DNA of 64,000 nt. It comes from Syntrophomonadaceae bacterium (GTDB lineage Bacteria; Bacillota; Dethiobacteria; DTU022). A program made the translations under genes and the position numbers. Of this stretch, positions 39,490-48,756 are shown one piece after another; within the stretch, counting starts at the first letter, position 1, and the number at the start of each line of letters is the position of its first letter. Below the pieces are notes generated by a model. The model was given only the letters and a program-made list of their open reading frames with translations, ran no database searches and was not told the DNA's origin. The DNA lies in contig PWYU01000077.1 of the NCBI GenBank assembly GCA_003567725.1, positions 1 through 64,000 of the forward strand, read 5' to 3'.

Positions 39490-40407
39490 ATGATAGATTC
39501 TATAGCTGAGGTATTCAGCGTTGTAATAACATTTATTTATAACTATGTTCCCAACTTTGGGGCCGCCATCATAATCCTCACTATAATTGTAAAAGTGGTT
39601 ACTTTTCCTTTAAACAATAAACAAATACAGTCAACAAGAAGAATGCAAAAATTACAGCCTGAATTGAAAAAAATACAGCAAAAATACAAGGACGATAAAC
39701 AAAAACAAAATCAGGCTGTAAGTGAATTCATGAAAGAGAATAAAATGAATCCAGTAGCCGGATGTTTGCCTTTGTTGGTACAATTTCCCATTTTAATTGG
39801 CATCTTTCGAATTTTAAGAGAGCCCGATCAATTCCTTGATATGAGCGAAATTAACAGATATTTATTTCAGGGAGCGGAATTTATTGATTTAATGGCAGTG
39901 CCAAATATAGGGTTGGATAACTTTCTAAGCCAAATTAGTATATATTATATTTTTCCCCTAATAGCTGGTGGGACAACTTATTTGTATTCAAAAATGTCAA
40001 TGCCTGCTGACAGCAGTCAAAAAATGATGATGTATTTAATGCCGGGCATGATTACAGTTTTTAGCTTCAGCTTTCCAGTGGGACTAGTAATTTACTGGAC
40101 TATGAATAACATCTTTTCCATAGGGCAGCATAAATTAATTAACTTTTTAGATAGCAAGAAAACAGATCCGGAGGTAGTTGTAAAAGATAAGGGAAGCAGC
40201 GGCAAAAAGGAAAAAGATCGTAAAGATCAGGCAAAACCGGATTCAGAAAAAGGAACCCCTAAAAAGAAAGCAAGGAAAGAAGACACCGACGAATTTTTTA
40301 AAGTGGGCTCTGAGAAAGAACAGGCTAATAAACCGGAAAAAGAAATAAACGAGGATAAGGCTACACAGGATATCAAAAGGAAAAAAAAGAGAAAAGGGAA
40401 GGGTTAA
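39490..40407 (+). CDS. yidC: Membrane protein insertase YidC/SpoIIIJ with Lys-rich C-terminal tail
   Basis: 305 aa. It has a Firmicute-type YidC core (…PLNNKQIQSTRRMQKLQPELKKIQQKYKDD…) and a polybasic C-terminus. Confidence 0.9.
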   Translation: MIDSIAEVFSVVITFIYNYVPNFGAAIIILTIIVKVVTFPLNNKQIQSTRRMQKLQPELKKIQQKYKDDKQKQNQAVSEFMKENKMNPVAGCLPLLVQFPILIGIFRILREPDQFLDMSEINRYLFQGAEFIDLMAVPNIGLDNFLSQISIYYIFPLIAGGTTYLYSKMSMPADSSQKMMMYLMPGMITVFSFSFPVGLVIYWTMNNIFSIGQHKLINFLDSKKTDPEVVVKDKGSSGKKEKDRKDQAKPDSEKGTPKKKARKEDTDEFFKVGSEKEQANKPEKEINEDKATQDIKRKKKRKGKG

Positions 40408-40408
40408 T

Positions 40409-41029
40409 ATGAAAGAGTTTGAAGGAACTGGAAAAACTCTGGATGAAGCAATAGAAAAAGCTATCAGAAATCTTGGCATTAAAAGAGAAAACGCTGAAAT
40501 TGAAGTAAAAGAGTCTCCAAACCAGGGTATATTGGGACTGCTTGGCACTAAAGATGCCAGGGTTATGGTTAAGCCGAAAAAGAGTCCCGCAACTTTTATA
40601 AAGGATTATTTAGAAGAGCTTCTTAAATATATGAAGATAGAAGGAAACATTAAAGCAGTAGAGGACGAGGAAAAGTTAAATATTGAGATTTATGGACCGG
40701 ATGTAGGAAGCTTAATTGGGAGAAGAGGTAAAACGCTCAGCGATTTACAATATTTGCTAAGTGTAATAGTTAGGCGGCAATTTGCTGAATTAGGCAAAAT
40801 GGTTGTATTAGACGTGGAAAACTACAGGGAGAGAAGAGAAAAGACATTAATTCAATTAGCAAAAAGTATGGCCAGGAAAGTTAAAGAAGAAAATGTGGAA
40901 ACAGCACTGGAACCAATGACCCCCCAGGAAAGAAGAATTATACACTTAGCTTTGCAAGATTATCCGGACATTACGACAATTAGTAATGGGGAGGAGCCAA
41001 ATCGTAAAGTGGTAATTGTTCCACGTTAA
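40409..41029 (+). CDS. jag: Jag/KhpB (KH + R3H RNA-binding) protein
   Basis: 206 aa with a Jag_N domain, a KH region and an R3H C-terminus (…QERRIIHLALQDYPDITTISNGEEPNRKVVI). Confidence 0.85.
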   Translation: MKEFEGTGKTLDEAIEKAIRNLGIKRENAEIEVKESPNQGILGLLGTKDARVMVKPKKSPATFIKDYLEELLKYMKIEGNIKAVEDEEKLNIEIYGPDVGSLIGRRGKTLSDLQYLLSVIVRRQFAELGKMVVLDVENYRERREKTLIQLAKSMARKVKEENVETALEPMTPQERRIIHLALQDYPDITTISNGEEPNRKVVIVPR

Positions 41030-41043
41030 ACATTTCTGCAGCT

Positions 41044-41066
41044 GCCCCCTTAAGGGGCTTTTTTTT
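41044..41066 (+). terminator. Rho-independent terminator after jag
   Basis: gcccc-cttaa-ggggc followed by TTTTTTTT. Confidence 0.65.
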
Positions 41067-41113
41067 ATTTTAAAAATTATCTTTATTGGAATCGAGAGCG
41101 GTGGTGAAAAAGT

Positions 41114-42505
41114 TTGATTGAAAATGATACCATTGCAGCAATTAGCACTCCACTTGGAGAAGGTGGTATAGGTATAGTCCGATTAAGTGGCCCGGAATCA
41201 TTTAATATTGCCAGCAAAATATTTGAAATATCATCTAAAAAAGCTTCGGGTTTTCCTGTTGATCGTTTCCTTTATCATGGTTTTATAAAAGATTTTCAAA
41301 ATAATATTGTTGATGAAGTCCTGGTAGCCTATATGTCCGCACCGCATACCTATACACGGGAAGATATAGTAGAAATAAATTGTCACAGTGGCATATTTAC
41401 ATTACGCACAATACAAAAACTGGTTTTAGAAGCAGGAGCAAGCTTAGCAGAGCCGGGTGAATTTACAAAAAGAGCCTTTATCAATGGCAGGATTGATTTA
41501 AGCCAGGCTGAAGCAGTAATGAATATGGTGCGCGCTCGCTCAGAACAAGCTGTTAAAATTGCCGCCCGGGGGTTGCAAGGAGAAGTAACAAGTAAGGTAG
41601 AGAAAGTAAGGGAAAGCATTATAGCCATGAGGGCTCCACTAGAAGCTTTATTTGATTATCCTGAAGAATTTCCTGAAGAAGAACTTTCAGTTATTTCACT
41701 AACAGTCCATATAGAGGATTTAATTGGCTATTTAAAAGAAATGCTAAAAGGAACGGAAAGAAATAGAGCTTATCAAGAAGGAGTATCAGTAGCTATTATC
41801 GGTAAACCTAATGTTGGCAAATCGTCCTTATTAAACATATTATTACAACAACAGAGAGCGATTGTACATGAGCTTCCGGGGACGACAAGAGATGTCCTGG
41901 AAGGCTATTTAAACCTGGGCGGTTACCCAATCAGGCTAATTGATACAGCAGGCATTCAAGGTACCATTGATCCGGTTGAAAAACAGGGGATAGACTTATC
42001 ACGTTCTGCAGCAGGGCAAGCAAAATTAATAATAATGGTTCTAGATGGATCTGAAAATTGGTCTGAGGAAGATCAAGAGATCTTAAATCTGAGGCAGCAA
42101 GATCAGGGGTTTATTATAGTTATAAATAAATCAGATCTGAAAAGAAAACTAAAACCTGACATATTTAGTAAGTACTTGCCTGATGTTAATATAGTAGAAG
42201 CTTCAGCTTTGGAAGGTACAGGCATAAAAGAGCTAGAAGAAGCAGTCGTTAATCAGCTGGATAGAAAATATCAGGCTGAAAAGTTCGGCGAAAGCCCGAT
42301 CATAGTAACAATTAGACATGAAGAGAGCATCAAGCATGCTGTTGAGCATCTTGAAAAGGCTAAAGAGATAACAACAGAACAACCATTAGAATTAGTCAGC
42401 CTGGAACTGCAAAATGCCTGGGATAAACTGGGCGAAATAACCGGTGATACTATTAATGAAGACCTCCTAGATAAAATATTTAAAGAATTTTGCTTGGGTA
42501 AATAG
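41114..42505 (+). CDS. mnmE: tRNA modification GTPase MnmE
   Basis: 463 aa with a TTG start and RBS GGTGGTGA. It has N-terminus DTIAAISTPLGEGGIGIVRLSG, the G-domain GKPNVGKSSLLN…DTAG, and the C-terminal CxGK motif (FCLGK). Confidence 0.9.
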   Translation: MIENDTIAAISTPLGEGGIGIVRLSGPESFNIASKIFEISSKKASGFPVDRFLYHGFIKDFQNNIVDEVLVAYMSAPHTYTREDIVEINCHSGIFTLRTIQKLVLEAGASLAEPGEFTKRAFINGRIDLSQAEAVMNMVRARSEQAVKIAARGLQGEVTSKVEKVRESIIAMRAPLEALFDYPEEFPEEELSVISLTVHIEDLIGYLKEMLKGTERNRAYQEGVSVAIIGKPNVGKSSLLNILLQQQRAIVHELPGTTRDVLEGYLNLGGYPIRLIDTAGIQGTIDPVEKQGIDLSRSAAGQAKLIIMVLDGSENWSEEDQEILNLRQQDQGFIIVINKSDLKRKLKPDIFSKYLPDVNIVEASALEGTGIKELEEAVVNQLDRKYQAEKFGESPIIVTIRHEESIKHAVEHLEKAKEITTEQPLELVSLELQNAWDKLGEITGDTINEDLLDKIFKEFCLGK

Positions 42506-42534
42506 TTGTAAGAATTGAGAGATCAAATATAATT

Positions 42535-43263
42535 ATGACATCAAAACATATTGATCAAATGATTGAAGACATGCTGGAAGCGCTTGAGTTAAAAACTGCT
42601 TCTAGCAGTAAAAAGGAACAATTAAGGCAATATGTAATATTACTGTTAAGTGGTTTAAAAAAGACAAGATTGACCGGTGAAAAGACAGCGGAAGGGATTA
42701 TCAAAAAACAAATCTATGATTCTTTGTCAATATTAAAGTTTTTTAATTTCAATCCTGGAACAGAGGTAGTTGACTTAGGTAGTGGGGGTGGGCTACCCGG
42801 ATTACCGGTAAAAATATGTAAACCGGATATTAAAGTATACTTTATGGACGCTAACCGAAAGAAAGCGTTATTCCTAACAGAAGCTATTACAAATCTAAAT
42901 ATAAATCAAGCAGAGGTGCTTTGTGGTAGGGCAGAAGATTACGGGCAAAGCGCAGAACACCGTGCAAGATATGATTTAATACTCTGTAAGGCGGTAGCAA
43001 AAACAGCAGTGCTGGCAGAATTGGCATTGCCACTGGTAAAAATGGGGGGAAGCGTTGCTTTATATAAAGGACCGCTGGGAGCTATGGAAATTCAAGAAGC
43101 TGAAAATGCAATTGCTGTTTGCGGGGGACAGCAGGAAAATAGCTGGCACTATAAGCTGCAAAACGGAGAAGAAAGAACCCTTTATTTAATTAAAAAAAAT
43201 AATGTTACTCCATCTAAATATCCCCGGCGGGCTGGCAAGCCTTCAAATAATCCAATAAAATGA
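42535..43263 (+). CDS. rsmG: 16S rRNA (guanine527-N7)-methyltransferase RsmG
   Basis: 242 aa with a SAM-binding motif VVDLGSGGGLPGLP. It follows mnmE after only a 29-nt gap, with no mnmG. Confidence 0.85.
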   Translation: MTSKHIDQMIEDMLEALELKTASSSKKEQLRQYVILLLSGLKKTRLTGEKTAEGIIKKQIYDSLSILKFFNFNPGTEVVDLGSGGGLPGLPVKICKPDIKVYFMDANRKKALFLTEAITNLNINQAEVLCGRAEDYGQSAEHRARYDLILCKAVAKTAVLAELALPLVKMGGSVALYKGPLGAMEIQEAENAIAVCGGQQENSWHYKLQNGEERTLYLIKKNNVTPSKYPRRAGKPSNNPIK

Positions 43264-43302
43264 TTCAATGTAACTCTACAGTTAAGGTATAATGAGAATC
43301 AA

Positions 43303-44232
43303 GTGAAAAGTGGAAGGAAAGCAGTAGCGTCTGTCAAAATGAATCTAAAGAAGAATTACAAAAAGGATGCTGGTATAATGACCGAACCCCTGAATAATCA
43401 AAGATTGACTACTGAAATGGAACCATCAACCGATAAGGTTTTGGCAATCGATATAGAGCGCATTAAGCCAAACCCCTTTCAACCAAGAAAAGAGATAGCA
43501 AAGGATAAAGTTGACGAATTAGCGCAATCAATACAGGCTTCTGGTTTAATACAGCCAATAGTAGTGAGAAGATTTGAAAATGGTTACCAGCTGGTTGTTG
43601 GAGAAAGGCGATATCTTGCCTGTAAACAGCTTGGCTGGAAAAAAATATCTGCAGCGGTTAAAATTATATCTGATAATGATATGGCCACCACAGCTTTAAT
43701 AGAAAACCTGCAAAGGGAAAACTTAAATATGATAGAGGAAGCAAATGGTTATGTCAGTTTAATGAAGAATTTTAATCTAACGCAGGAAGTATTAGCGCAG
43801 CGATTGGGTAAAAGCCAATCAACAATAGCTAATAAAATCAGGTTGTTAAAGCTTCCCCATGAAGTGCGCGTTAAAATACAAGAGCATAATTTGACCGAAA
43901 GACATGCACGCGCTCTTCTAAAATTGGATACCAAAGAAAAGCAATTGCAGATGATTGAAGAGGTTGTGCATAGAGGCCTTACGGTAAGCCAGGCAGAAAA
44001 ACGGATAGATAAATTAAGCGGGGACTCTGAACATGGGAAAAGGCTAAAGAAATCAAAACCGGTAATAAGAGATATGCGTATTGTATTAAATACAATTAGA
44101 GAAGCAGTTGCTGTAATGCATGATTCAGGTTTATATCCTGAAGTTGATGAAACGGTAGAAGAAGACTATATTGAAATTAATATTAGGTTAACCAAGGAAA
44201 TGCTTAAAAAACATAAAATAATCAGTAAATAG
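43303..44232 (+). CDS. noc: ParB-family nucleoid occlusion protein (Noc-like)
   Basis: The ParB N-terminal domain reads …KPNPFQPRKEI… and …IQPIVVRR…GYQLVVGERRYLA…. An HTH is present. The start is uncertain among GTG 43303 and ATG 43339, 43378 and 43417. Confidence 0.75.
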   Translation: MKSGRKAVASVKMNLKKNYKKDAGIMTEPLNNQRLTTEMEPSTDKVLAIDIERIKPNPFQPRKEIAKDKVDELAQSIQASGLIQPIVVRRFENGYQLVVGERRYLACKQLGWKKISAAVKIISDNDMATTALIENLQRENLNMIEEANGYVSLMKNFNLTQEVLAQRLGKSQSTIANKIRLLKLPHEVRVKIQEHNLTERHARALLKLDTKEKQLQMIEEVVHRGLTVSQAEKRIDKLSGDSEHGKRLKKSKPVIRDMRIVLNTIREAVAVMHDSGLYPEVDETVEEDYIEINIRLTKEMLKKHKIISK

Positions 44233-44270
44233 TAAATGAAAAAAACAGAGACTGCTAAGGAGAGATTTAA

Positions 44271-45050
44271 ATGGCAAGAGTAATAGCCCTGGCTAATCAA
44301 AAGGGTGGTGTGGGAAAAACAACTACCGCTATAAATTTAAGTGCTTCACTGGCAAAAATGGGTGAAAAAGTGCTGCTTGTTGATATAGATCCCCAGGGCA
44401 ACGCAACCAGCGGTGTAGGTTTAGCCAGTCAAGATTTAAATATCTGTATTTATAATGTGTTAATAGATGATCTACCACTAAATAAAATAATTCTTCAAAC
44501 CAGCTGGGACAACTTTTATCTTGCTCCTGCAACGATTCAATTAGCTGGTGCTGAAATAGAGCTTGTGCCAATGGTTTCACGAGAAGAAAAATTGAAACGA
44601 TCCTTAGAGCCGTTGTTAGACGAATATGATTTTATTGTCATCGATTGCCCCCCATCGTTAGGCTTGCTTACCCTAAATGCCCTTAATGCTGCACACGGAA
44701 TAATGATTCCAATTCAATGTGAATATTATGCCTTGGAAGGGCTGGGACAGTTAATGAATACAATCAGCATTGTGCGAAAACACTTAAACGAAAACTTAAA
44801 CATAGAAGGCGTTCTTTTGACTATGTATGATACCAGGACTAATCTTTCAGAACAAGTTGCTGAAGAGGTTAGAAATTACTTCAAGCAATATGTTTATAAA
44901 ACAATTATTCCACGCAATATCCGCCTAAGTGAAGCGCCCAGTTATGGTCAACACATTTTAGAATATGATCCACGCAGCAAAGGGGCCTCACTTCATCTTT
45001 CGTTAGCTCGGGAGGTTTTAGAAAATGACAGAAAAGAAACGTTTGGGTAG
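44271..45050 (+). CDS. soj: Chromosome partitioning ATPase ParA/Soj
   Basis: 259 aa with the deviant Walker A KGGVGKTT. Confidence 0.9.
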   Translation: MARVIALANQKGGVGKTTTAINLSASLAKMGEKVLLVDIDPQGNATSGVGLASQDLNICIYNVLIDDLPLNKIILQTSWDNFYLAPATIQLAGAEIELVPMVSREEKLKRSLEPLLDEYDFIVIDCPPSLGLLTLNALNAAHGIMIPIQCEYYALEGLGQLMNTISIVRKHLNENLNIEGVLLTMYDTRTNLSEQVAEEVRNYFKQYVYKTIIPRNIRLSEAPSYGQHILEYDPRSKGASLHLSLAREVLENDRKETFG

Positions 45051-45897
45051 AGGTCTTGGGGCATTAATCCCTGAAGTTATGGATGATACAGCAGAAACGA
45101 ATGAAATATTACTGGAAAGTATTAAACCAAACCCTTATCAGCCCCGCAGAGATTTTGATCAAGTAAAAATTCAAGAGTTGGCAGAGTCGATTAAAGAGCA
45201 TGGTATATTACAGCCTGTTGTAGTATCGCCTGGGGATGATGAGAAAAACTATATTTTAGTGGCAGGAGAAAGGCGTTGCCGGGCAGCGAAGCTGGCTGGA
45301 TTAAAAACAATACCGGCATTGATTAAAGTGGTCGATAAGAAGACCATGTTGGAAATAGCTTTAATTGAAAACCTGCAAAGGGAAAACCTTAATCCAGTAG
45401 ACGAGGCTTTAGCCTATAGAAGGTTAATGCAAGAATATAGCTACACCCAGGAAGAATTGGCCGGCAGATTGGGAAGAAGCCGTTCATCAATTGCTAACAG
45501 CGTAAGATTGCTAGGTTTGCCGGAGGAAATTTTGGAGTTGGTAACAAAAAACGAGATGACACCGGGACAAGTTCGCCCCCTATTGGCGGTCTCCGACCAG
45601 GAGCAGCAAAAAAAGGCAGCTGCCTTAATCGCTAAAGATGGACTTTCTGCCCGGCAGGCCGAAAAACTAGTTTCTAAACTTAATTACAATAGAATGAAAA
45701 GAAATGGGAACAAGGTTGACCAAAAAGGTCCGCAGGACCCGATGCAAGACGAACTGCAATCACATATGCAAAGATATTTAGGCACAAAGGTTAAGATTAA
45801 GCCGGAAAAAGATGGTGGTACAATAGAAATATATTACTATGGAGACGAGGATCTAGAGCGCCTGGTGGAAAAATTATTGCCCGAAGGATTATCATAG
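45025..45897 (+). CDS. spo0J: Chromosome partitioning protein ParB/Spo0J
   Basis: 290 aa with …[11 protein letters not shown]…, GERRCRAA, and an HTH. Confidence 0.9.
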   Translation: MTEKKRLGRGLGALIPEVMDDTAETNEILLESIKPNPYQPRRDFDQVKIQELAESIKEHGILQPVVVSPGDDEKNYILVAGERRCRAAKLAGLKTIPALIKVVDKKTMLEIALIENLQRENLNPVDEALAYRRLMQEYSYTQEELAGRLGRSRSSIANSVRLLGLPEEILELVTKNEMTPGQVRPLLAVSDQEQQKKAAALIAKDGLSARQAEKLVSKLNYNRMKRNGNKVDQKGPQDPMQDELQSHMQRYLGTKVKIKPEKDGGTIEIYYYGDEDLERLVEKLLPEGLS

Positions 45898-45910
45898 AAA
45901 AGCACAAGAA

Positions 45911-45926
45911 TGTTTCACGTGAAACA
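45911..45926. promoter_or_regulatory. parS centromere site (perfect palindrome)
   Basis: TGTTTCACGTGAAACA matches the Firmicute parS consensus tGTTNCACGTGAAACa. It is embedded in a 28-bp palindrome (45905-45932) 14 nt after the spo0J stop. Confidence 0.75.
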
Positions 45927-46156
45927 TTCTTGAAACAGAAGAGGTGCTTTATTTTTGCCCTGCTCTCTGATTAAAGTATACAGTTCTTCAACTTCTGAAA
46001 AAGAGAATATATGGTTTGTCCGTTCTTGAAGAGATATGTTATACTGATCAAGTGAATTGGTCGGGGAGAATGCCAGGTTTGGTATTAAAGAAACCCGATT
46101 TTTTTAACTTAATGAACAGTCTTAATAATGTTTTTCTCAAGGAGTAGCTAAGGGTT

Positions 46157-47143
46157 ATGTCATCTAAAAAAGAAAAACGCTGTTTCACTATCATGATAGT
46201 GCCTCATTCAGAGGAAGCTACTTTTAGCTTGAAAATCCCTCTCTTTTTAGTTCAGTTAGCAATAGGGCTCCTGGTTTTAGGGGTCGTTGGTTTTAGTGTA
46301 CTTGGTTATGCATATTTAAGGGCTGCTTCTGAGGCTCAGGAGGCAGAGGCGCTAAGGCAGTTGAACCGGGCACAGCAGGAAGAAATAGATTCACTGGCTA
46401 TCGAAACTGAAAAAATGATGGAACAGCTTCGAGGTGTTGATGAGCTGGTAGAATTTGTTACAGAAAAACTGGAGTTAGAGAAAGAGGAAATGGAAGATCT
46501 AAATGATGAAATAGAGAATCAATCACAATCCAATCCATCACAGCAAGCAACTTATAATTACGCAGGCAATGAAAGCTCTTATTATTTTAATAGTATCGGT
46601 CCCCTGATTTATGATCGTCCTGATGAACAACTGTCGCCAGGAAGAGATTTGTTTGATCGCACTGCCGGCAATATTGAAGTGCTTAAAAAAATAGTCCCTG
46701 AGAGATCCGGTACGCTTGATTTACTTGGTGAATATGCTGAAAAAGCCAGGGCAAAACCTTCAATTTGGCCTGCCAGGGGTCGCGTTTCTTCAGGCTTCGG
46801 AATGAGATCTATCCCTTATAGCGGAGGCTATCAATTCCATACCGGGGTAGATATAAACGGCTCACGAGGTTCACCTATCTGGGCTACAGCTAGCGGCAAG
46901 GCAACTTTTTCTGGATACAGGGGTAGCCTGGGTAATTTGCTAATACTAGATCATGGTTATGGTTATGAAACCTATTATGCACATCTCTCCGGCTTTGCCG
47001 TTAAAGCAGGTGACGAAGTGGAAAGAGGGGAAACTATTGGTTATATGGGCGCATCAGGAAGAACCACAGGGGTTCATCTGCACTACGAGGTTCATAAAGA
47101 AGGTTCGCCTGTAAACCCAGAACGATATTTAGGTCAAAGATAA
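46157..47143 (+). CDS. Membrane-anchored M23 (LytM-family) metallopeptidase with coiled-coil linker
   Basis: 328 aa with an N-terminal TM, a Glu-rich coiled coil, and an M23 domain (HTGVDINGSRGSPIWATASG…HLHYEVH). Confidence 0.85.
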   Translation: MSSKKEKRCFTIMIVPHSEEATFSLKIPLFLVQLAIGLLVLGVVGFSVLGYAYLRAASEAQEAEALRQLNRAQQEEIDSLAIETEKMMEQLRGVDELVEFVTEKLELEKEEMEDLNDEIENQSQSNPSQQATYNYAGNESSYYFNSIGPLIYDRPDEQLSPGRDLFDRTAGNIEVLKKIVPERSGTLDLLGEYAEKARAKPSIWPARGRVSSGFGMRSIPYSGGYQFHTGVDINGSRGSPIWATASGKATFSGYRGSLGNLLILDHGYGYETYYAHLSGFAVKAGDEVERGETIGYMGASGRTTGVHLHYEVHKEGSPVNPERYLGQR

Positions 47144-47175
47144 TAATTAAGACTATTACTAAGGAGGAAAAACGG

Positions 47176-47652
47176 ATGTTTAAAAAGGATAATCTTGAAG
47201 TGCCGTCTGATAAAGTGAATACAATCATTGGAAAAGATACTCATTTTAACGGAACGATAAATGGTAAAGGTTTAATCAGGATCGACGGAGAAGCAGAAGG
47301 CATTATCAACAACCAGGGTGATGTTGTTGTTGGCGAAAGCGGCCGGGTTTCAGTGGAAATGAAAGCGAGAAATATAACCATAGCCGGTAAGTATGAAGGT
47401 GCTCTGGAAGCAGAAGGTAAGCTGGAATTAAAAAGAACTGGACGGGCCATCGGTACTTTCAAAGCTAACGCCCTGTTAGTTGAAGAAGGGGCGGTGCTTT
47501 CAGGTAAAATGGAAATGCAACAACAAGAAGGTGAAGTAGAAGGTCAGGTCAAAAAAGAAAAGGTATATGGGCCATTTGATTCAGACCGATCAGATCAAAG
47601 CAAAAACAAAGGGCCTTTAGGGGATAAATCTTCAAAAGAAAAAGCTTTGTAA
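47176..47652 (+). CDS. Bactofilin (DUF583 polymer-forming cytoskeletal protein)
   Basis: 158 aa. The beta-helical repeat core reads …TIIGKDTHFNGTINGKGLIRIDGEAEGII…VVVGESGRVSVEMKARNITIAGKYEGALEA…. RBS AAGGAGG. Confidence 0.85.
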   Translation: MFKKDNLEVPSDKVNTIIGKDTHFNGTINGKGLIRIDGEAEGIINNQGDVVVGESGRVSVEMKARNITIAGKYEGALEAEGKLELKRTGRAIGTFKANALLVEEGAVLSGKMEMQQQEGEVEGQVKKEKVYGPFDSDRSDQSKNKGPLGDKSSKEKAL

Positions 47653-47695
47653 TTGAAAGAATGAGCATGATGTTTTATTAATGAGCAGATCGTTG

Positions 47696-47730
47696 ACAGG
47701 AAGCAGTGTAATTCGCTTCCTGTTTTCTAT
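47696..47730 (+). terminator. Putative rho-independent terminator after the bactofilin gene
   Basis: acaggaagc-(10-nt loop)-gcttcctgt followed by TTTTCTATTT. Confidence 0.55.
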
Positions 47731-47857
47731 TTATTATTATTGGCTTTAATAATTTTATACCTCGATGGCAGGAATTATAATTATAAAGTAGAATTTTATT
47801 TATTTGTATACTTAATAAAGAAATTAATCTTTTTTATCTGAAAAGCGAGGTGTTAAA

Positions 47858-48505
47858 ATGTTGATTATCCTTTTAGGTCCGCCAGGAGCAGGTAAAGGGA
47901 CACAAGCTGATAGGATTGTCAAAAACTTTAATTTGGCATATATATCAACAGGTGATATATTGAGAAAGGCGGTAAAAGAAGAGTCTGCACTTGGCCGTAA
48001 GGCACGAGAATATATGGATCAAGGGCAGCTTGTTCCAGACAACCTGGTGGTTGAGATCGTACGGGAACGGCTGGTTGAGCCAGATTGCGCTAATGGAGCG
48101 CTTTTGGATGGCTTTCCCAGAACGGTGGATCAAGCGGTATTTTTGGAAAAGGTTTTGCCCGAAACCAAAGCAACTATTGATCGAGTTTTATTAATAGAAG
48201 TAGAAGAAAATGAGTTAATTGAACGTCTTACAGGAAGAAGGGTCTGTTGTGATTGCGGCGCAAACTATCATGTCAAATATAAATCTCCAAAAGTCCGTAA
48301 TGTCTGTGATCAATGTGGAGGCGATCTCTATCAAAGAGACGACGATTCTCTGGCCACAGTAACAGAACGGCTTGAGGTTTATAAAAAGCAAACCGAACCA
48401 TTAATTAAATTCTACCAGGAAAGAGATTTGCTTTATACCATAGATGGAAACAAGGACATTGAAGATGTTTATGAACAAATCAATGATGTCTTAAAAGAGC
48501 TTTAA
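47858..48505 (+). CDS. adk: Adenylate kinase (long form with Zn-binding LID)
   Basis: 215 aa with the P-loop GPPGAGKGTQ and LID cysteines C-x2-C…C-x2-C (CCDCG…CDQCG). Confidence 0.9.
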   Translation: MLIILLGPPGAGKGTQADRIVKNFNLAYISTGDILRKAVKEESALGRKAREYMDQGQLVPDNLVVEIVRERLVEPDCANGALLDGFPRTVDQAVFLEKVLPETKATIDRVLLIEVEENELIERLTGRRVCCDCGANYHVKYKSPKVRNVCDQCGGDLYQRDDDSLATVTERLEVYKKQTEPLIKFYQERDLLYTIDGNKDIEDVYEQINDVLKEL

Positions 48506-48516
48506 AGGAATGGTGT

Positions 48517-48738
48517 TTGATAAAAATGGCTGATTATTTTGTTGGCCAATTAGTGGAAATGAAAAAAGGGCATCCCTGTGGGTCTAATTGTTGGCGGATA
48601 ATCAGGGTGGGGATGGATTTTCGGATAAAATGTGAAAAATGTGGCCGTAGCGTTTTAATGCCCCGTTCCCGATTTGAACGCCGCATAAAAAAGATCTTTC
48701 ATGAACCTGTATCTGGCCAAGAACCTGAATCGAGCTAA
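48517..48738 (+). CDS. DUF951-family small protein
   Basis: 73 aa with Cys/His pairs (HPCGSNCW…CEKCGR). It sits immediately upstream of ychF, as commonly seen in Firmicutes. Confidence 0.6.
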   Translation: MIKMADYFVGQLVEMKKGHPCGSNCWRIIRVGMDFRIKCEKCGRSVLMPRSRFERRIKKIFHEPVSGQEPESS

Positions 48739-48756
48739 GCAGGGAGGTTTTACTGT

